Below, in pieces: positions 24,005-32,360 of a DNA stretch of 39,114 nucleotides. A program made the position numbers and the translations under genes. The notes beneath the pieces were generated by a model. That model worked only from the letters and a program-made list of their open reading frames with translations. It was not told the DNA's origin and searched no databases. The first letter of the stretch is position 1, and each line of letters starts with the position of its first letter. The DNA comes from a virus, in the IMG/VR virus record IMGVR_UViG_3300014291_000001. One strand, written 5' to 3'.

Positions 24005-24466
24005 ATGAAGATGACTTTAAATATCGAGCCTAAACCTCAAACAAGGCCACGATTCAGCAAGTTTGGAACTTATGAAGACCCGAAAATGAAGGCATGGCGT
24101 CGTCAGTGCTCGCAACTTATTGAGCAAGAGTACGACGGACAATTCTTCGACGGCCCGATTATGGTTGATGTTACCTTTTACATGAAAGCACCGCTGAGCG
24201 TATCAAAAAAGCCCACGCCAAAAGCAAGGGCTAAAACGTGGGATGCGTTCAAGCGGTTCATGTCTGAAACACTTTGGCATGCGAAAACTCCAGACGTTGA
24301 TAATCTGGTCAAATCGCTCTTTGACAGTGTTTCAAGAGCTGGCTACAACAAAGTTGATAAAAAGGGTATCGTCTGGACGGATGACAGTATTGTTTGCGAT
24401 TTAAGAGCTCGCAAGAAGTACAGCCCTAATCCGCGTATTGAATTTGAAATCAAGGAGCTCGAATGA
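24005..24466 (+). CDS. rusA: RusA-family Holliday junction resolvase
   Basis: 153 aa. PKPQTRPRF..., TPDVDNLVKSLFDSVS and VWTDDSIVCDLRARKKY. Confidence 0.85.
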   Translation: MKMTLNIEPKPQTRPRFSKFGTYEDPKMKAWRRQCSQLIEQEYDGQFFDGPIMVDVTFYMKAPLSVSKKPTPKARAKTWDAFKRFMSETLWHAKTPDVDNLVKSLFDSVSRAGYNKVDKKGIVWTDDSIVCDLRARKKYSPNPRIEFEIKELE

Positions 24467-24547
24467 ATAGCAAGTACAAAGACAAGCTGGTCGGCGTATA
24501 TGCTCCAGGGAGTTACGACCACACAAATGAAGGGAATTAATTGAAAT

Positions 24548-24754
24548 ATGACAAATATTAGACTGCAAAATCCATACATGGATGAAACCATCAAGGTAAA
24601 AGAAGATCTCAAACGTATTCTGGACATGCTGAAATGGCTCGAAGTAGGCAATATACAATGTCTTCAGTTACAGCAGATTGAACCAGAAAAAAGGGTGATT
24701 ACTATCAACCCTAAGAATTTCGCAAAGATTGATTACTATGAGGCGGAGGAATGA
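24548..24754 (+). CDS. Hypothetical early protein
   Basis: 68-aa ORF on the same strand within the early operon. Confidence 0.5.
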   Translation: MTNIRLQNPYMDETIKVKEDLKRILDMLKWLEVGNIQCLQLQQIEPEKRVITINPKNFAKIDYYEAEE

Positions 24755-24755
24755 C

Positions 24756-24914
24756 ATGAAATATAAAGTTATCGTGTACTACGACAACATGGAAGACAGT
24801 GAGCATATCTTTAATAACAAGAACGACGCTATCAACGAGCTGCATCGTTTGAGAGGTGTGAAATATCGCAATGCTAAGAAATATAAGGTGGAATTAGTCG
24901 AATGCGGTGGATAG
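24756..24914 (+). CDS. Hypothetical early protein (52 aa)
   Basis: SD GGAGGA 5 nt before the ATG at 24756. The track start at 24729 is a TTG without an SD. Confidence 0.5.
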   Translation: MKYKVIVYYDNMEDSEHIFNNKNDAINELHRLRGVKYRNAKKYKVELVECGG

Positions 24915-25054
24915 TACGAGTAGCACGCACAATGGATGATGTTAAGGAGTGCCATTTCACAGATAAGAACAAGGCACTGAAACACGTTGAAGTGTTGAGA
25001 AAGTTAAGCATGGCAGTGGATGCCACTGTCTGGATGGAGGAAATTGATGATTAG
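24902..25054 (+). CDS. Hypothetical small ORF (50 aa), below the track cutoff
   Basis: ATG at 24902, SD AAGGTGG 10 nt upstream, TAG at 25052. It fills an otherwise unannotated gap and overlaps both neighbours by a few nt. Confidence 0.4.
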   Translation: MRWIVRVARTMDDVKECHFTDKNKALKHVEVLRKLSMAVDATVWMEEIDD

Positions 25055-25253
25055 AACGAAGTGGTTAGAGGTTGAATATGGATTTACTAATTACCAAGAA
25101 ATCGACGATTTGATTAATGGGTTTATCGAAGAGAATCCACAAATTGAAATCATTGATATCAAATATCAGTCAAATGTCTCCAGCGTGGCCGACAGTGGTG
25201 TTAGTGCTACATATTACCATACATCAGCACTGATTATTTACAAGGAGAACTAA
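25047..25253 (+). CDS. Cse60-like small protein
   Basis: SD GGAGG 7 nt before the ATG at 25047. MIRTKWLEVEYGF...IEIIDIKYQS...HTSALIIYKE resembles the Cse60 family pattern. Confidence 0.5.
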   Translation: MIRTKWLEVEYGFTNYQEIDDLINGFIEENPQIEIIDIKYQSNVSSVADSGVSATYYHTSALIIYKEN

Positions 25254-25255
25254 CG

Positions 25256-25756
25256 ATGATGAATAAGGATGAAGCAGTACAGAAACTAGCAACAGCGGGA
25301 CGCCTTTCGATAGCTCATGCAGAAGACCTATATGATTCTTTTTTCCCTAAACCAGTAGTGCCTCAATACGTGGCGGATTGGTATGAGGGGAATAAACGAA
25401 ATCTTGACTTAAATTTGTGCGGTTTAGTATACGACCTTGCCATGAATTCAACGGATTGCTATCGGGAAGAATTTAAAGCGTGGGCGGAGGGTAATAAAAA
25501 AACGTTTATCACAACCCTCGTAAACATGCACCAGTTTGGGTATGAGGTCGAGAAAGAGGCTAGATATATAGTCAAATTCAAAGGAGTTTATGGCGACGCT
25601 AGATATTTGAATCACGAGATTGACGGCAATTGGTATATCAATAGCAGACAGGAGACACATCAGTTTCGAGTGGCCCACACCCGCAAAGAACTTGAAGCTA
25701 ACGGTTTCGGGTGGGTATTCGATTGCCCAGGCGTTGAAGTGAAAGAGGTGGAGTGA
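25256..25756 (+). CDS. DUF1642-like early protein
   Basis: 166 aa. KPVVPQYVADWYEGNKRN is characteristic of a streptococcal phage family, as I recall it. Confidence 0.5.
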   Translation: MMNKDEAVQKLATAGRLSIAHAEDLYDSFFPKPVVPQYVADWYEGNKRNLDLNLCGLVYDLAMNSTDCYREEFKAWAEGNKKTFITTLVNMHQFGYEVEKEARYIVKFKGVYGDARYLNHEIDGNWYINSRQETHQFRVAHTRKELEANGFGWVFDCPGVEVKEVE

Positions 25757-26013
25757 TGAAGATTAAAAAGTATAAATACACTATTAACGAAATTAGTTAC
25801 ACTGCATGTTACGGCTGGCTGGAAGCAGAAGTAACTCACGAACGTACAGGATATGGCGTTAGCACCACGAATATTGACAATTTTCTTGAAGAAGTGTCTA
25901 TATACAGTCCCGAAGATGCAGACGCAATCGAAGCTTTCAGAGATTTTCAAAATAATTTAGTGCTAGAAAATGTCGAATTTGAAATCGAGAATGCGGAGGT
26001 AACGGATGAATAA
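25753..26013 (+). CDS. Hypothetical early protein
   Basis: 86 aa, 4-nt overlap with the upstream gene. Confidence 0.5.
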   Translation: MMKIKKYKYTINEISYTACYGWLEAEVTHERTGYGVSTTNIDNFLEEVSIYSPEDADAIEAFRDFQNNLVLENVEFEIENAEVTDE

Positions 26014-26320
26014 CCTAATTACTAAAATCAACCACTGGGCAGATAGCCGTGGGTTAAAGCAAGCTGACCCTAATATTCAGTGGATGCGAGTCACGGAAGA
26101 AGTCGGAGAAATTCGGGATGTCCTCTTGAAACCGACGAAATTCACTGAGCCACAAGCAGCGTTGAAGGATGCCATCGGTGACACGCTAGTAACAATTATC
26201 GTGCTAGCACACCAGTTAGACCTTGATGTGACTGAGTGTTTGGGTATCGCGTATGAAGAAATTAAGAATAGAAAGGGAAAAATGATTAATGGGACGTTCG
26301 TTAAAGAAAGTGATTTATAA
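26006..26320 (+). CDS. MazG-like nucleotide pyrophosphohydrolase
   Basis: 104 aa. WMRVTEEVGEIRD...AIGDTLVTIIVLAHQLDLDVTECL...YEEIKNRKG matches the all-alpha NTP-PPase EExxE/D pattern. Confidence 0.75.
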   Translation: MNNLITKINHWADSRGLKQADPNIQWMRVTEEVGEIRDVLLKPTKFTEPQAALKDAIGDTLVTIIVLAHQLDLDVTECLGIAYEEIKNRKGKMINGTFVKESDL

Positions 26321-26597
26321 CGACCTAGCTATTGCTACAGTGCTGCTCATGGTATCACTAGCAATTAACGTGACTACTGTTCTACGAGTGGTTAACAGAC
26401 CTATCGAGACCGTGGTTATCCATAAGGCAGACAATGCCGTTGAGCTACATGGCAAGGTTACTGGAAAATCTATGGTCGGAAAACTCTACACGCTCGATTG
26501 CGGCGCTTACGGGAAATTCCTTGTCAGCAAGGAACAGTATGACAGCGTGCAAGTCGGGGATGATATTCCGAGCTATTTGAGGGGGCGGGGACAATGA
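26289..26597 (+). CDS. Small membrane-anchored protein (DUF1372-like)
   Basis: 102 aa with an N-terminal TM segment LAIATVLLMVSLAINV. The start is uncertain because it overlaps the mazG-like gene by 32 nt. Confidence 0.45.
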   Translation: MGRSLKKVIYNDLAIATVLLMVSLAINVTTVLRVVNRPIETVVIHKADNAVELHGKVTGKSMVGKLYTLDCGAYGKFLVSKEQYDSVQVGDDIPSYLRGRGQ

Positions 26598-27019
26598 TTC
26601 CAAATTTTAGGGCTTGGTCAAAGCAAGAACGACGTTTGATTCTTTCAGAAGATATTCTTGCTATTGATTACGAGAATGAAGAAATAGACGCACAAAAAAT
26701 CTATTTTGAAGATGGATTGCCGGTTGAAAGGGATATATATACCTATGGTTTTGACAACATCGAACTTATGCAATCAACAGGATTGAGAGACAAGAATGGC
26801 AAAGAAATCTTTGAGGGGGACATCCTAAGAGTAACCAACCTATCAAGCTGGTTGGAAGTTGTATCTTTCAACGAAGACAAGGCGATGTTTATCTCTAAGG
26901 AAATCAAAAGAGAAGTCGAAGAAACCCCTCTATACGATTTGTTTAACACGGATATTTTCGAAATCGAAACCATCGGCAATATCTACACTAATCCGAAACT
27001 GGCAGAGGTAAGCTCATGA
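26594..27019 (+). CDS. YopX-family protein
   Basis: 141 aa. FRAWSK..., LMQSTGLRDKNGKEIFEGDIL and IGNIYTNPKL. Confidence 0.8.
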   Translation: MIPNFRAWSKQERRLILSEDILAIDYENEEIDAQKIYFEDGLPVERDIYTYGFDNIELMQSTGLRDKNGKEIFEGDILRVTNLSSWLEVVSFNEDKAMFISKEIKREVEETPLYDLFNTDIFEIETIGNIYTNPKLAEVSS

Positions 27020-27726
27020 GTAAAACCTACAAATATTCCGGACTGACACCAGAGCTGTATCAACGGCTGGTCAGTGAGCATGCAGCGCTAAAACAAGCTC
27101 ACAAAAAAGGCTCTTATAAGCAGTTTTTCCAAGATGTGAAACAGTGCAGTGAAGTACAAGCTCGTATCATTTATCAAGCGTTTAATAGTGCAGTGGTGGA
27201 GCGTGCGAGGATATCACCGGCAACTGTCGATAGACTGGAAGGCATTATCTCCGATGAACTATTCGACGACCTTCAAGACTATCTGTCTACGCACTATACA
27301 AGAGGTAAAACCACTAAACCAGTTTTGAATAAAACCAATGCTGGACTGCCAGAGGGGCTGTTTAAACGGTTTCGTAAGGAAGTGGAAGAACTACGCAAGG
27401 AACACCCTAACAACCTAAATAGCTATATTAGAGACGTCAAGGGCTGCGACCAGAAAAATGTTAACAGAACCCAAAACGCCCTCAAACTGTGCTATGCGGA
27501 AAAAGCTGCTCTAACGCCTTTAAAAGCTATTCAAATGGAAGGGCTACTTTCAAGAGAGTTATTCAGCGAGATTATTGATTTTGTTTTCAATAACTATGAA
27601 TGGAGCGAGAGATTGGATGATGAAGTTGATCGCATAAACCTAGAATATAGAACTAAAGGCAAGTTAGGTCGTGAGAAGACCACGGTCAGAAAAGCTCTTT
27701 ATACAGCCTATGCGTTAGGCGTGTAG
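27016..27726 (+). CDS. Hypothetical protein built from a tandem ~87-aa duplication (possible regulator)
   Basis: 236 aa. Residues ~8-94 and ~109-195 align (GL.PEL...DVK.C...EG..S.ELF...Y). Confidence 0.55.
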   Translation: MSKTYKYSGLTPELYQRLVSEHAALKQAHKKGSYKQFFQDVKQCSEVQARIIYQAFNSAVVERARISPATVDRLEGIISDELFDDLQDYLSTHYTRGKTTKPVLNKTNAGLPEGLFKRFRKEVEELRKEHPNNLNSYIRDVKGCDQKNVNRTQNALKLCYAEKAALTPLKAIQMEGLLSRELFSEIIDFVFNNYEWSERLDDEVDRINLEYRTKGKLGREKTTVRKALYTAYALGV

Positions 27727-27765
27727 CCAGAACGGTTTAAGAGGGTTCGACTCCCTCGCTAGCTA
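27724..27765 (+). other. tRNA T-arm/acceptor-like minihelix 1 (not a complete tRNA)
   Basis: GAGGG-TTCGACT-CCCTC (27741-27757) is a canonical T-arm. The flanking 4-bp helix pairs TAGC (27724-27727) with GCTA (27758-27761). I can find no D or anticodon arms. Confidence 0.5.
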
Positions 27766-27791
27766 TTACCAGTTAATTTATATAAGGAAAA

Positions 27792-27849
27792 GAGGAATCC
27801 TTTTGTATTTTTTTCATTCAAATCAGCGGAAGCGTGACTGGTCGTGGAT
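27792..27849 (+). repeat. Diverged direct repeat, copy A1
   Basis: GAGGAATCCTTTTGTATTTTTTTCATTCAAATC..AGCGTGACTGGTCGTGGAT aligns with 27883-27937 at roughly 75% identity with indels (hand alignment). Confidence 0.6.
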
Positions 27850-27882
27850 GCACCAAAATCCAGTAAATAAACAATTAGAATC

Positions 27883-27937
27883 GAGGAACCTTTTTTATTT
27901 CATTCACAAATCTAAAGCGTCTTACTGGTGGCGTGAT
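27883..27937 (+). repeat. Diverged direct repeat, copy A2
   Basis: GAGGAACCTTTTTTATTTCATTCACAAATC..AGCGTCTTACTGGTGGCGTGAT. Confidence 0.6.
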
Positions 27938-28064
27938 TATTCAAGGCTCTATGCCTGCAAGCAGATATAGGTCAGAAATCTCCATAATTCATCCGACTTA
28001 ATTCTTGTATTATTTCAAAAAACGAAAGGGGAATATCCCCGATAATGATTTCACTATATCTAGG

Positions 28065-28106
28065 CTGGAATGGTTATATAAGGGGTTCGATTCCTCTTGC
28101 CAGTCA
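28065..28106 (+). other. tRNA T-arm/acceptor-like minihelix 2
   Basis: AGGGG-TTCGATT-CCTCT (28081-28097) with the helix CTGG (28065-28068)/CCAG (28100-28103). Homologous in layout and sequence to minihelix 1 (AAYGGTT..TAAGRGGTTCGAYTCC). Confidence 0.5.
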
Positions 28107-28474
28107 TTGTCTGTCAAAACACTAAAAAATGGATATAGATTTTTAGTGGCTTGAACACTTTTTTAACACTTTTTCGACACGAGCAAGCTGACAGACCTTG
28201 CTCAAAACAAACCCAGCAAATTTAAGAAAAAAGGATGTGAAAAAGCCTCTTTCTTATTGATATCTTGCATTACAAAAAAAGCCAAAGACCTTGCTGGTGT
28301 CAATGGCTAGAAAGAAGGTGATAGAAGGCTTGAGAAACACCCCAAGAATAAACACTTATTCAATCTTTTCAATAAAATCTCTTAACGTTTCTTGAGCTAA
28401 AATAAAAAAGACCGACACGATGGCCGGCACTCTTTGAACGCGATACAATTATTATATCACACAAGAGGGGTGTC

Positions 28475-28912
28475 ATGGCAAGTATCAATCTATTTGCGGA
28501 AGTAGATAAAGCCGCAACCAAAAAGAAAGCTATAAAGGTACTAAGAAGGTATCGCATGCTAACACGGATAGCGGGCTTGGAATACGCCCCTAAAGTGACA
28601 GCTTCATTCTCGTTAGAACCCAAGTCATTCGATGGAATGGTCCACAGCCAAACCGAAAGCATGGTAACACGAAAGGTGGCCGCTGAACAAGACTTAAAAG
28701 CTATTGTTAGAGCTATCAACGCATTATCAGATAGGCATTACAGCCAAATTTTGATAGAGTGTTATTGTAGAAATAGAAAACAATACAACATCGAAGTCTA
28801 TATGGACCTTGGATATTCTGAAAGTGAATATTACCGCATGAGAGAACAGGCAATTTTGGAGTTTGCGGAGAATTACCGCAACGGCGAATGTCTTGTATTT
28901 CTGGGAGATTAA
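28475..28912 (+). CDS. arpU: ArpU-family late transcriptional regulator
   Basis: 145 aa. ...KKKAIKVLRRYRMLTRIAG... and ILIECYCRNRKQYNIEVYMDLGYSESEYYRMREQAILEFAE fit the sigma-70 region-4-like ArpU pattern. Located just upstream of terS. Confidence 0.8.
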   Translation: MASINLFAEVDKAATKKKAIKVLRRYRMLTRIAGLEYAPKVTASFSLEPKSFDGMVHSQTESMVTRKVAAEQDLKAIVRAINALSDRHYSQILIECYCRNRKQYNIEVYMDLGYSESEYYRMREQAILEFAENYRNGECLVFLGD

Positions 28913-28989
28913 GACGAAGAAAACACTTGATAACTGTTAGAATTTGAACGTTTATTAGCGATATAATATTAGTATTGATAATTATAGCT

Positions 28990-29019
28990 AGACAACTCAT
29001 TTTGTGAGTTGTCTTTTTT
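28990..29019 (+). terminator. Rho-independent terminator between arpU and terS
   Basis: Perfect 10-bp stem AGACAACTCA/TGAGTTGTCT, loop TTTTG, then a T-run. Confidence 0.85.
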
Positions 29020-29054
29020 ATGCACAAAAATCTAGCAACGAAGGAGGTGGACAT

Positions 29055-29543
29055 ATTGGGCTAAATCAACGACAAAAATTATTTGCTAGTGAATATATTA
29101 AGCTAGGTAACGCCACGCAGGCAGCTATCAACGCTGGATATAGCGAAAAGACGGCAGGGCGTATCGCTGGGCAAAACTTGAAAAAACTTGAAATTAAACG
29201 CTTTATCCAAGCTGAAGTCGAGAAGATGCACGATGAAAATATCATGGATGCAAAAGAAGCCTTGTCCATTCTATCCGACATTGCTAGAGGGAAACGAGAC
29301 GAAGAAGTCTTGATGATGAATCCGCTGACCGGTGAAGTTGAAAGGTTGATGAAGAAGGCTGACAACAACACAGTTATCAAGGCAATAGTTGAAATCTTGA
29401 AACGGTATCCGACGGCTAAACAGTCCGAGAAATTGGAACTTGAGATTAGAAAGCTAAGAGAACAGCTTGATAGCGGCGTTGAAGGCACAATGAACCTCAA
29501 CATTGTCAACGCTTGGGAGGATATCCCGGATGACAACGATTGA
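29055..29543 (+). CDS. terS: Terminase small subunit (Terminase_2/P27-like), probable ATT start
   Basis: LNQRQKLFASEYIKLGNATQAAINAGYSEKTAGRIAGQNLKK is the TerS HTH. The strong SD AAGGAGG (29041-29047) is followed 7 nt later by an in-frame ATT (29055). No ATG, GTG or TTG is in frame before the HTH except a GTG inside the terminator stem. Confidence 0.7.
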   Translation: MGLNQRQKLFASEYIKLGNATQAAINAGYSEKTAGRIAGQNLKKLEIKRFIQAEVEKMHDENIMDAKEALSILSDIARGKRDEEVLMMNPLTGEVERLMKKADNNTVIKAIVEILKRYPTAKQSEKLELEIRKLREQLDSGVEGTMNLNIVNAWEDIPDDND

Positions 29544-30834
29544 CATTCAGAAAAACGTTAACCCACATTTCAAGTCGGTCTGGCAGTCGCAAAAGCCTTA
29601 CAACGTGCTGAAAGGTGGACGGAACTCTTTTAAGTCGTCTGTAATCGTGTTGAAACTCGTCTATATGATGATTAAATACATCATGCAAGGAGAGAAAGCT
29701 AACGTGGTAGTCATTCGGAAAGTAGCTAATACAATCCGTGACAGCGTGTTTAATAAGGTTCAATGGGGCATTAGTCTATTTGGTCTGGATAGCCAGTTTA
29801 GAGCTACTGTGAGCCCGTTTAAGATAGTTCATAAGCGAACTGGTTCGACATTCTATTTCTACGGTCAGGACGACTTCCAGAAATTGAAATCAAATGATAT
29901 TGGGAATATCATCGCTGTTTGGTATGAAGAAGCGGCTGAGTTTAACGACGCTGAGGACTTTGACCAGTCTAACGTTACTTTCATGCGGCAGAAACATGAT
30001 AAGGCTCCCTTCGTGCAATTCTTTTGGTCTTATAACCCGCCTAGAAATCCCTATAGCTGGATAAACGAATGGTTTGAGGACATCAAGACTAACGACAACT
30101 ATCTAGCGCATTCAAGCACTTATCTTGATGATAAGTTAGGATTCGTCACTGAGCAAATGCTGGAAGATATAGAGCGTATTAAGCAGAACGATTACGACTA
30201 CTATCGCTATCTATACTTAGGTGAAGCTGTCGGTCTTGGGAATCAAGTGTATAACATGAGCACATTTCACGCTATCGACAACTTACCAACGGACGATAGA
30301 CTTATCGGAATATCTTTCGCAATGGATACAGGGCACCAACAATCAGCTACGGCTTGCGGTGCTTATGGCCTTACTGCAAAGGGTAATGTGATTCTGCTAG
30401 ATACATTCTATTACAGTCCGGCCGGTCAAGTGGTTAAGAAGGCGCCTAGCGAGCTAACTGTCATGGTTAGCAACTTCATCGACAAGGTACTTAAACAGTA
30501 CCGAGTGCCAAAGCTACGCATGACCATTGATAGCGCTGAAGGTGCATTGAGGAACCAATATTTTAAAGACTTTGGCGAGCGATGGCATCCAGTTGCTAAG
30601 AAGAAGAACCAAACCATGATTGATATGGTTATCAGTCTGTTAGCAGAGGGACGGTTCTATTACTTAGATATTCCAGCGAACAAGATATTCTATGAGGAAC
30701 ATAAGATGTATCGATACGACGAAAAAACGATACACACAGACGACCCTAAAGTAATCAAAGAGGATGACCACTGTTGTGACTCAATGAAATACTTCGTTTT
30801 AGACAACGCTAGAGAACTAGATTTGAAGGCTTAA
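29530..30834 (+). CDS. terL: Terminase large subunit (PBSX/Terminase_3-like)
   Basis: 434 aa from the ATG at 29530, with SD GGGAGG 9 nt upstream. Walker A-like GGRNSFKSS, and nuclease-domain acidic residues near the C-terminus. Confidence 0.9.
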   Translation: MTTIDIQKNVNPHFKSVWQSQKPYNVLKGGRNSFKSSVIVLKLVYMMIKYIMQGEKANVVVIRKVANTIRDSVFNKVQWGISLFGLDSQFRATVSPFKIVHKRTGSTFYFYGQDDFQKLKSNDIGNIIAVWYEEAAEFNDAEDFDQSNVTFMRQKHDKAPFVQFFWSYNPPRNPYSWINEWFEDIKTNDNYLAHSSTYLDDKLGFVTEQMLEDIERIKQNDYDYYRYLYLGEAVGLGNQVYNMSTFHAIDNLPTDDRLIGISFAMDTGHQQSATACGAYGLTAKGNVILLDTFYYSPAGQVVKKAPSELTVMVSNFIDKVLKQYRVPKLRMTIDSAEGALRNQYFKDFGERWHPVAKKKNQTMIDMVISLLAEGRFYYLDIPANKIFYEEHKMYRYDEKTIHTDDPKVIKEDDHCCDSMKYFVLDNARELDLKA

Positions 30835-30845
30835 AGGAGCTACTA

Positions 30846-32354
30846 ATGGGAATTATACAGACCATTAAGAACATATTCAAAAGGAGTAATTACGTGATAA
30901 CTAATCAAAGCCTAAACAGTATCACAGATCATCCTAAGATTGCGATATCACCAGAAGAATACAGCCGTATCATGGATAATCTACGCTATTTTGCAGGTAG
31001 TTTTGACCGTGTCAGCTATCGTGATAGCAATGGAACACAGTTAAAACGTGACTTCAACCACTTGCCTATCGGACGTACTGCATCGAAGAAGGTTGCCAGT
31101 CTCGTTTTCAATGAGCAAGCTAAGATTCAAGTTGATAATGAAACGGCTAACGAATTTATCAATGAAACGCTTAAGACTGACAGATTTAGCAAAAATTTTG
31201 AACGCTATTTAGAGTCTTGTCTTGCCCTCGGTGGCCTTGCTATGCGTCCATTCGTTGATGAAGACCGTGTCAGAGTGTCGTTTGTGCAAGCCCCAGTATT
31301 CTTGCCGTTGCAATCAAACACGCAAGATGTATCGAGTGCTGCTATTGTGACTAAAACACTCAAAACAGAAGGGCAGAAAGTAAAATACTACAGTCTTATC
31401 GAATTCCATGAGTGGAGCAAAGAGACTTACACAATCAGTAATGAGCTATACGAGTCTGAATCTAAAACTCGCATCGGTCAACGTGTACCTTTATCAATGA
31501 TCTATGAGGATTTAGAGGAAACTGTCACGCTAAACGGACTTACAAGACCGTTATTTACGTACTTAAAGCCACCGGGCATGAATAACAAGGACATTAACAG
31601 CCCTCTAGGCTTGTCTATCTTCGACAACGCTAAGACTACAATGGACTTCATCAATACCACATACGATGAGTTTATGTGGGAAGTTAAGATGGGACAGCGT
31701 CGAGTGGCAGTGCCTACTCAAATGATTAAGACTGAGTACGACACAAACGGTGAGAAGGTCACAGTCAAACGTGAGTTTGAAACAGGTCACAACGTTTACG
31801 AGCAATTTGACAGTGGTGACATGGATAAGGGTATCGGTATCACTGACCTTACCACAGATATTCGTTCGGATGATTACATTAAAGCTATCAACAAAGGTTT
31901 AAGCCTATTTGAAATGCAATTAGGCGTGTCCGCTGGCATGTTTAGTTTCGATGGCAAGTCTATGAAGACTGCTACAGAGGTAGTGTCAGAACAATCAGAC
32001 ACTTATCAAATGCGTAACTCTATCGCTACTCTAGTAGAGCAATCGCTGAAAGAGCTTGTAATCTCAATCTTAGAGCTTGCTAAGGTCTACAATCTATACG
32101 CTGGTGAAATTCCAACTATGGATGAAATCAGTGTGGATTTAGACGATGGCGTCTTTACTGATCGTAACGCTGAGTTTGATTATTGGTCTAAGATGGTAGC
32201 GTCTGGATTCGCACCGAAGGTCATGGCTATTGAGAAAACTCTTAATGTTACTGAAGAACAAGCTCAAGAGATTTACCAAGCAATCAATAACGAGACTATG
32301 GTAAGTGCTGATAGTTTTAGGACGGATGAAGAGGTTGACATCTACGGGGAGTGA
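30846..32354 (+). CDS. Portal protein (SPP1 gp6-like)
   Basis: 502 aa following terL, with SD AAGGAG. Confidence 0.85.
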   Translation: MGIIQTIKNIFKRSNYVITNQSLNSITDHPKIAISPEEYSRIMDNLRYFAGSFDRVSYRDSNGTQLKRDFNHLPIGRTASKKVASLVFNEQAKIQVDNETANEFINETLKTDRFSKNFERYLESCLALGGLAMRPFVDEDRVRVSFVQAPVFLPLQSNTQDVSSAAIVTKTLKTEGQKVKYYSLIEFHEWSKETYTISNELYESESKTRIGQRVPLSMIYEDLEETVTLNGLTRPLFTYLKPPGMNNKDINSPLGLSIFDNAKTTMDFINTTYDEFMWEVKMGQRRVAVPTQMIKTEYDTNGEKVTVKREFETGHNVYEQFDSGDMDKGIGITDLTTDIRSDDYIKAINKGLSLFEMQLGVSAGMFSFDGKSMKTATEVVSEQSDTYQMRNSIATLVEQSLKELVISILELAKVYNLYAGEIPTMDEISVDLDDGVFTDRNAEFDYWSKMVASGFAPKVMAIEKTLNVTEEQAQEIYQAINNETMVSADSFRTDEEVDIYGE

Positions 32355-32360
32355 TAGACT

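Noticed and set aside
27803-27970. Possible 55-codon TTG-initiated ORF (..YFFHSNQRKRDWSWMHQNPV..FYFIHKSKASYWWRDYS..) in the non-coding gap
   Set aside because: Its internal similarity just mirrors the DNA direct repeats. The TTG start has a marginal SD, and the composition is odd (aromatic/basic). I treated it as non-coding pending ribosome profiling.
27741-28106. Complete tRNA or tmRNA genes at the two GGTTCGA(C/T)TCC sites
   Set aside because: Only the T-arm plus a 4-bp closing helix can be drawn. There is no 7-bp acceptor stem, D-arm or anticodon arm within the expected ~75 nt upstream, and no CCA in register. I kept them as tRNA-like fragments.
28369-28719. 116-aa - strand ORF overlapping arpU
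   Set aside because: It is antisense to a well-supported ArpU gene, has no SD, and the rest of this region is transcribed rightward.
29004-29054. GTG at 29004 as the terS start (track ORF 29004..29543)
   Set aside because: The GTG lies inside the 3' arm of a perfect 10-bp terminator stem and has no SD. The strong SD at 29041-29047 points to 29055.
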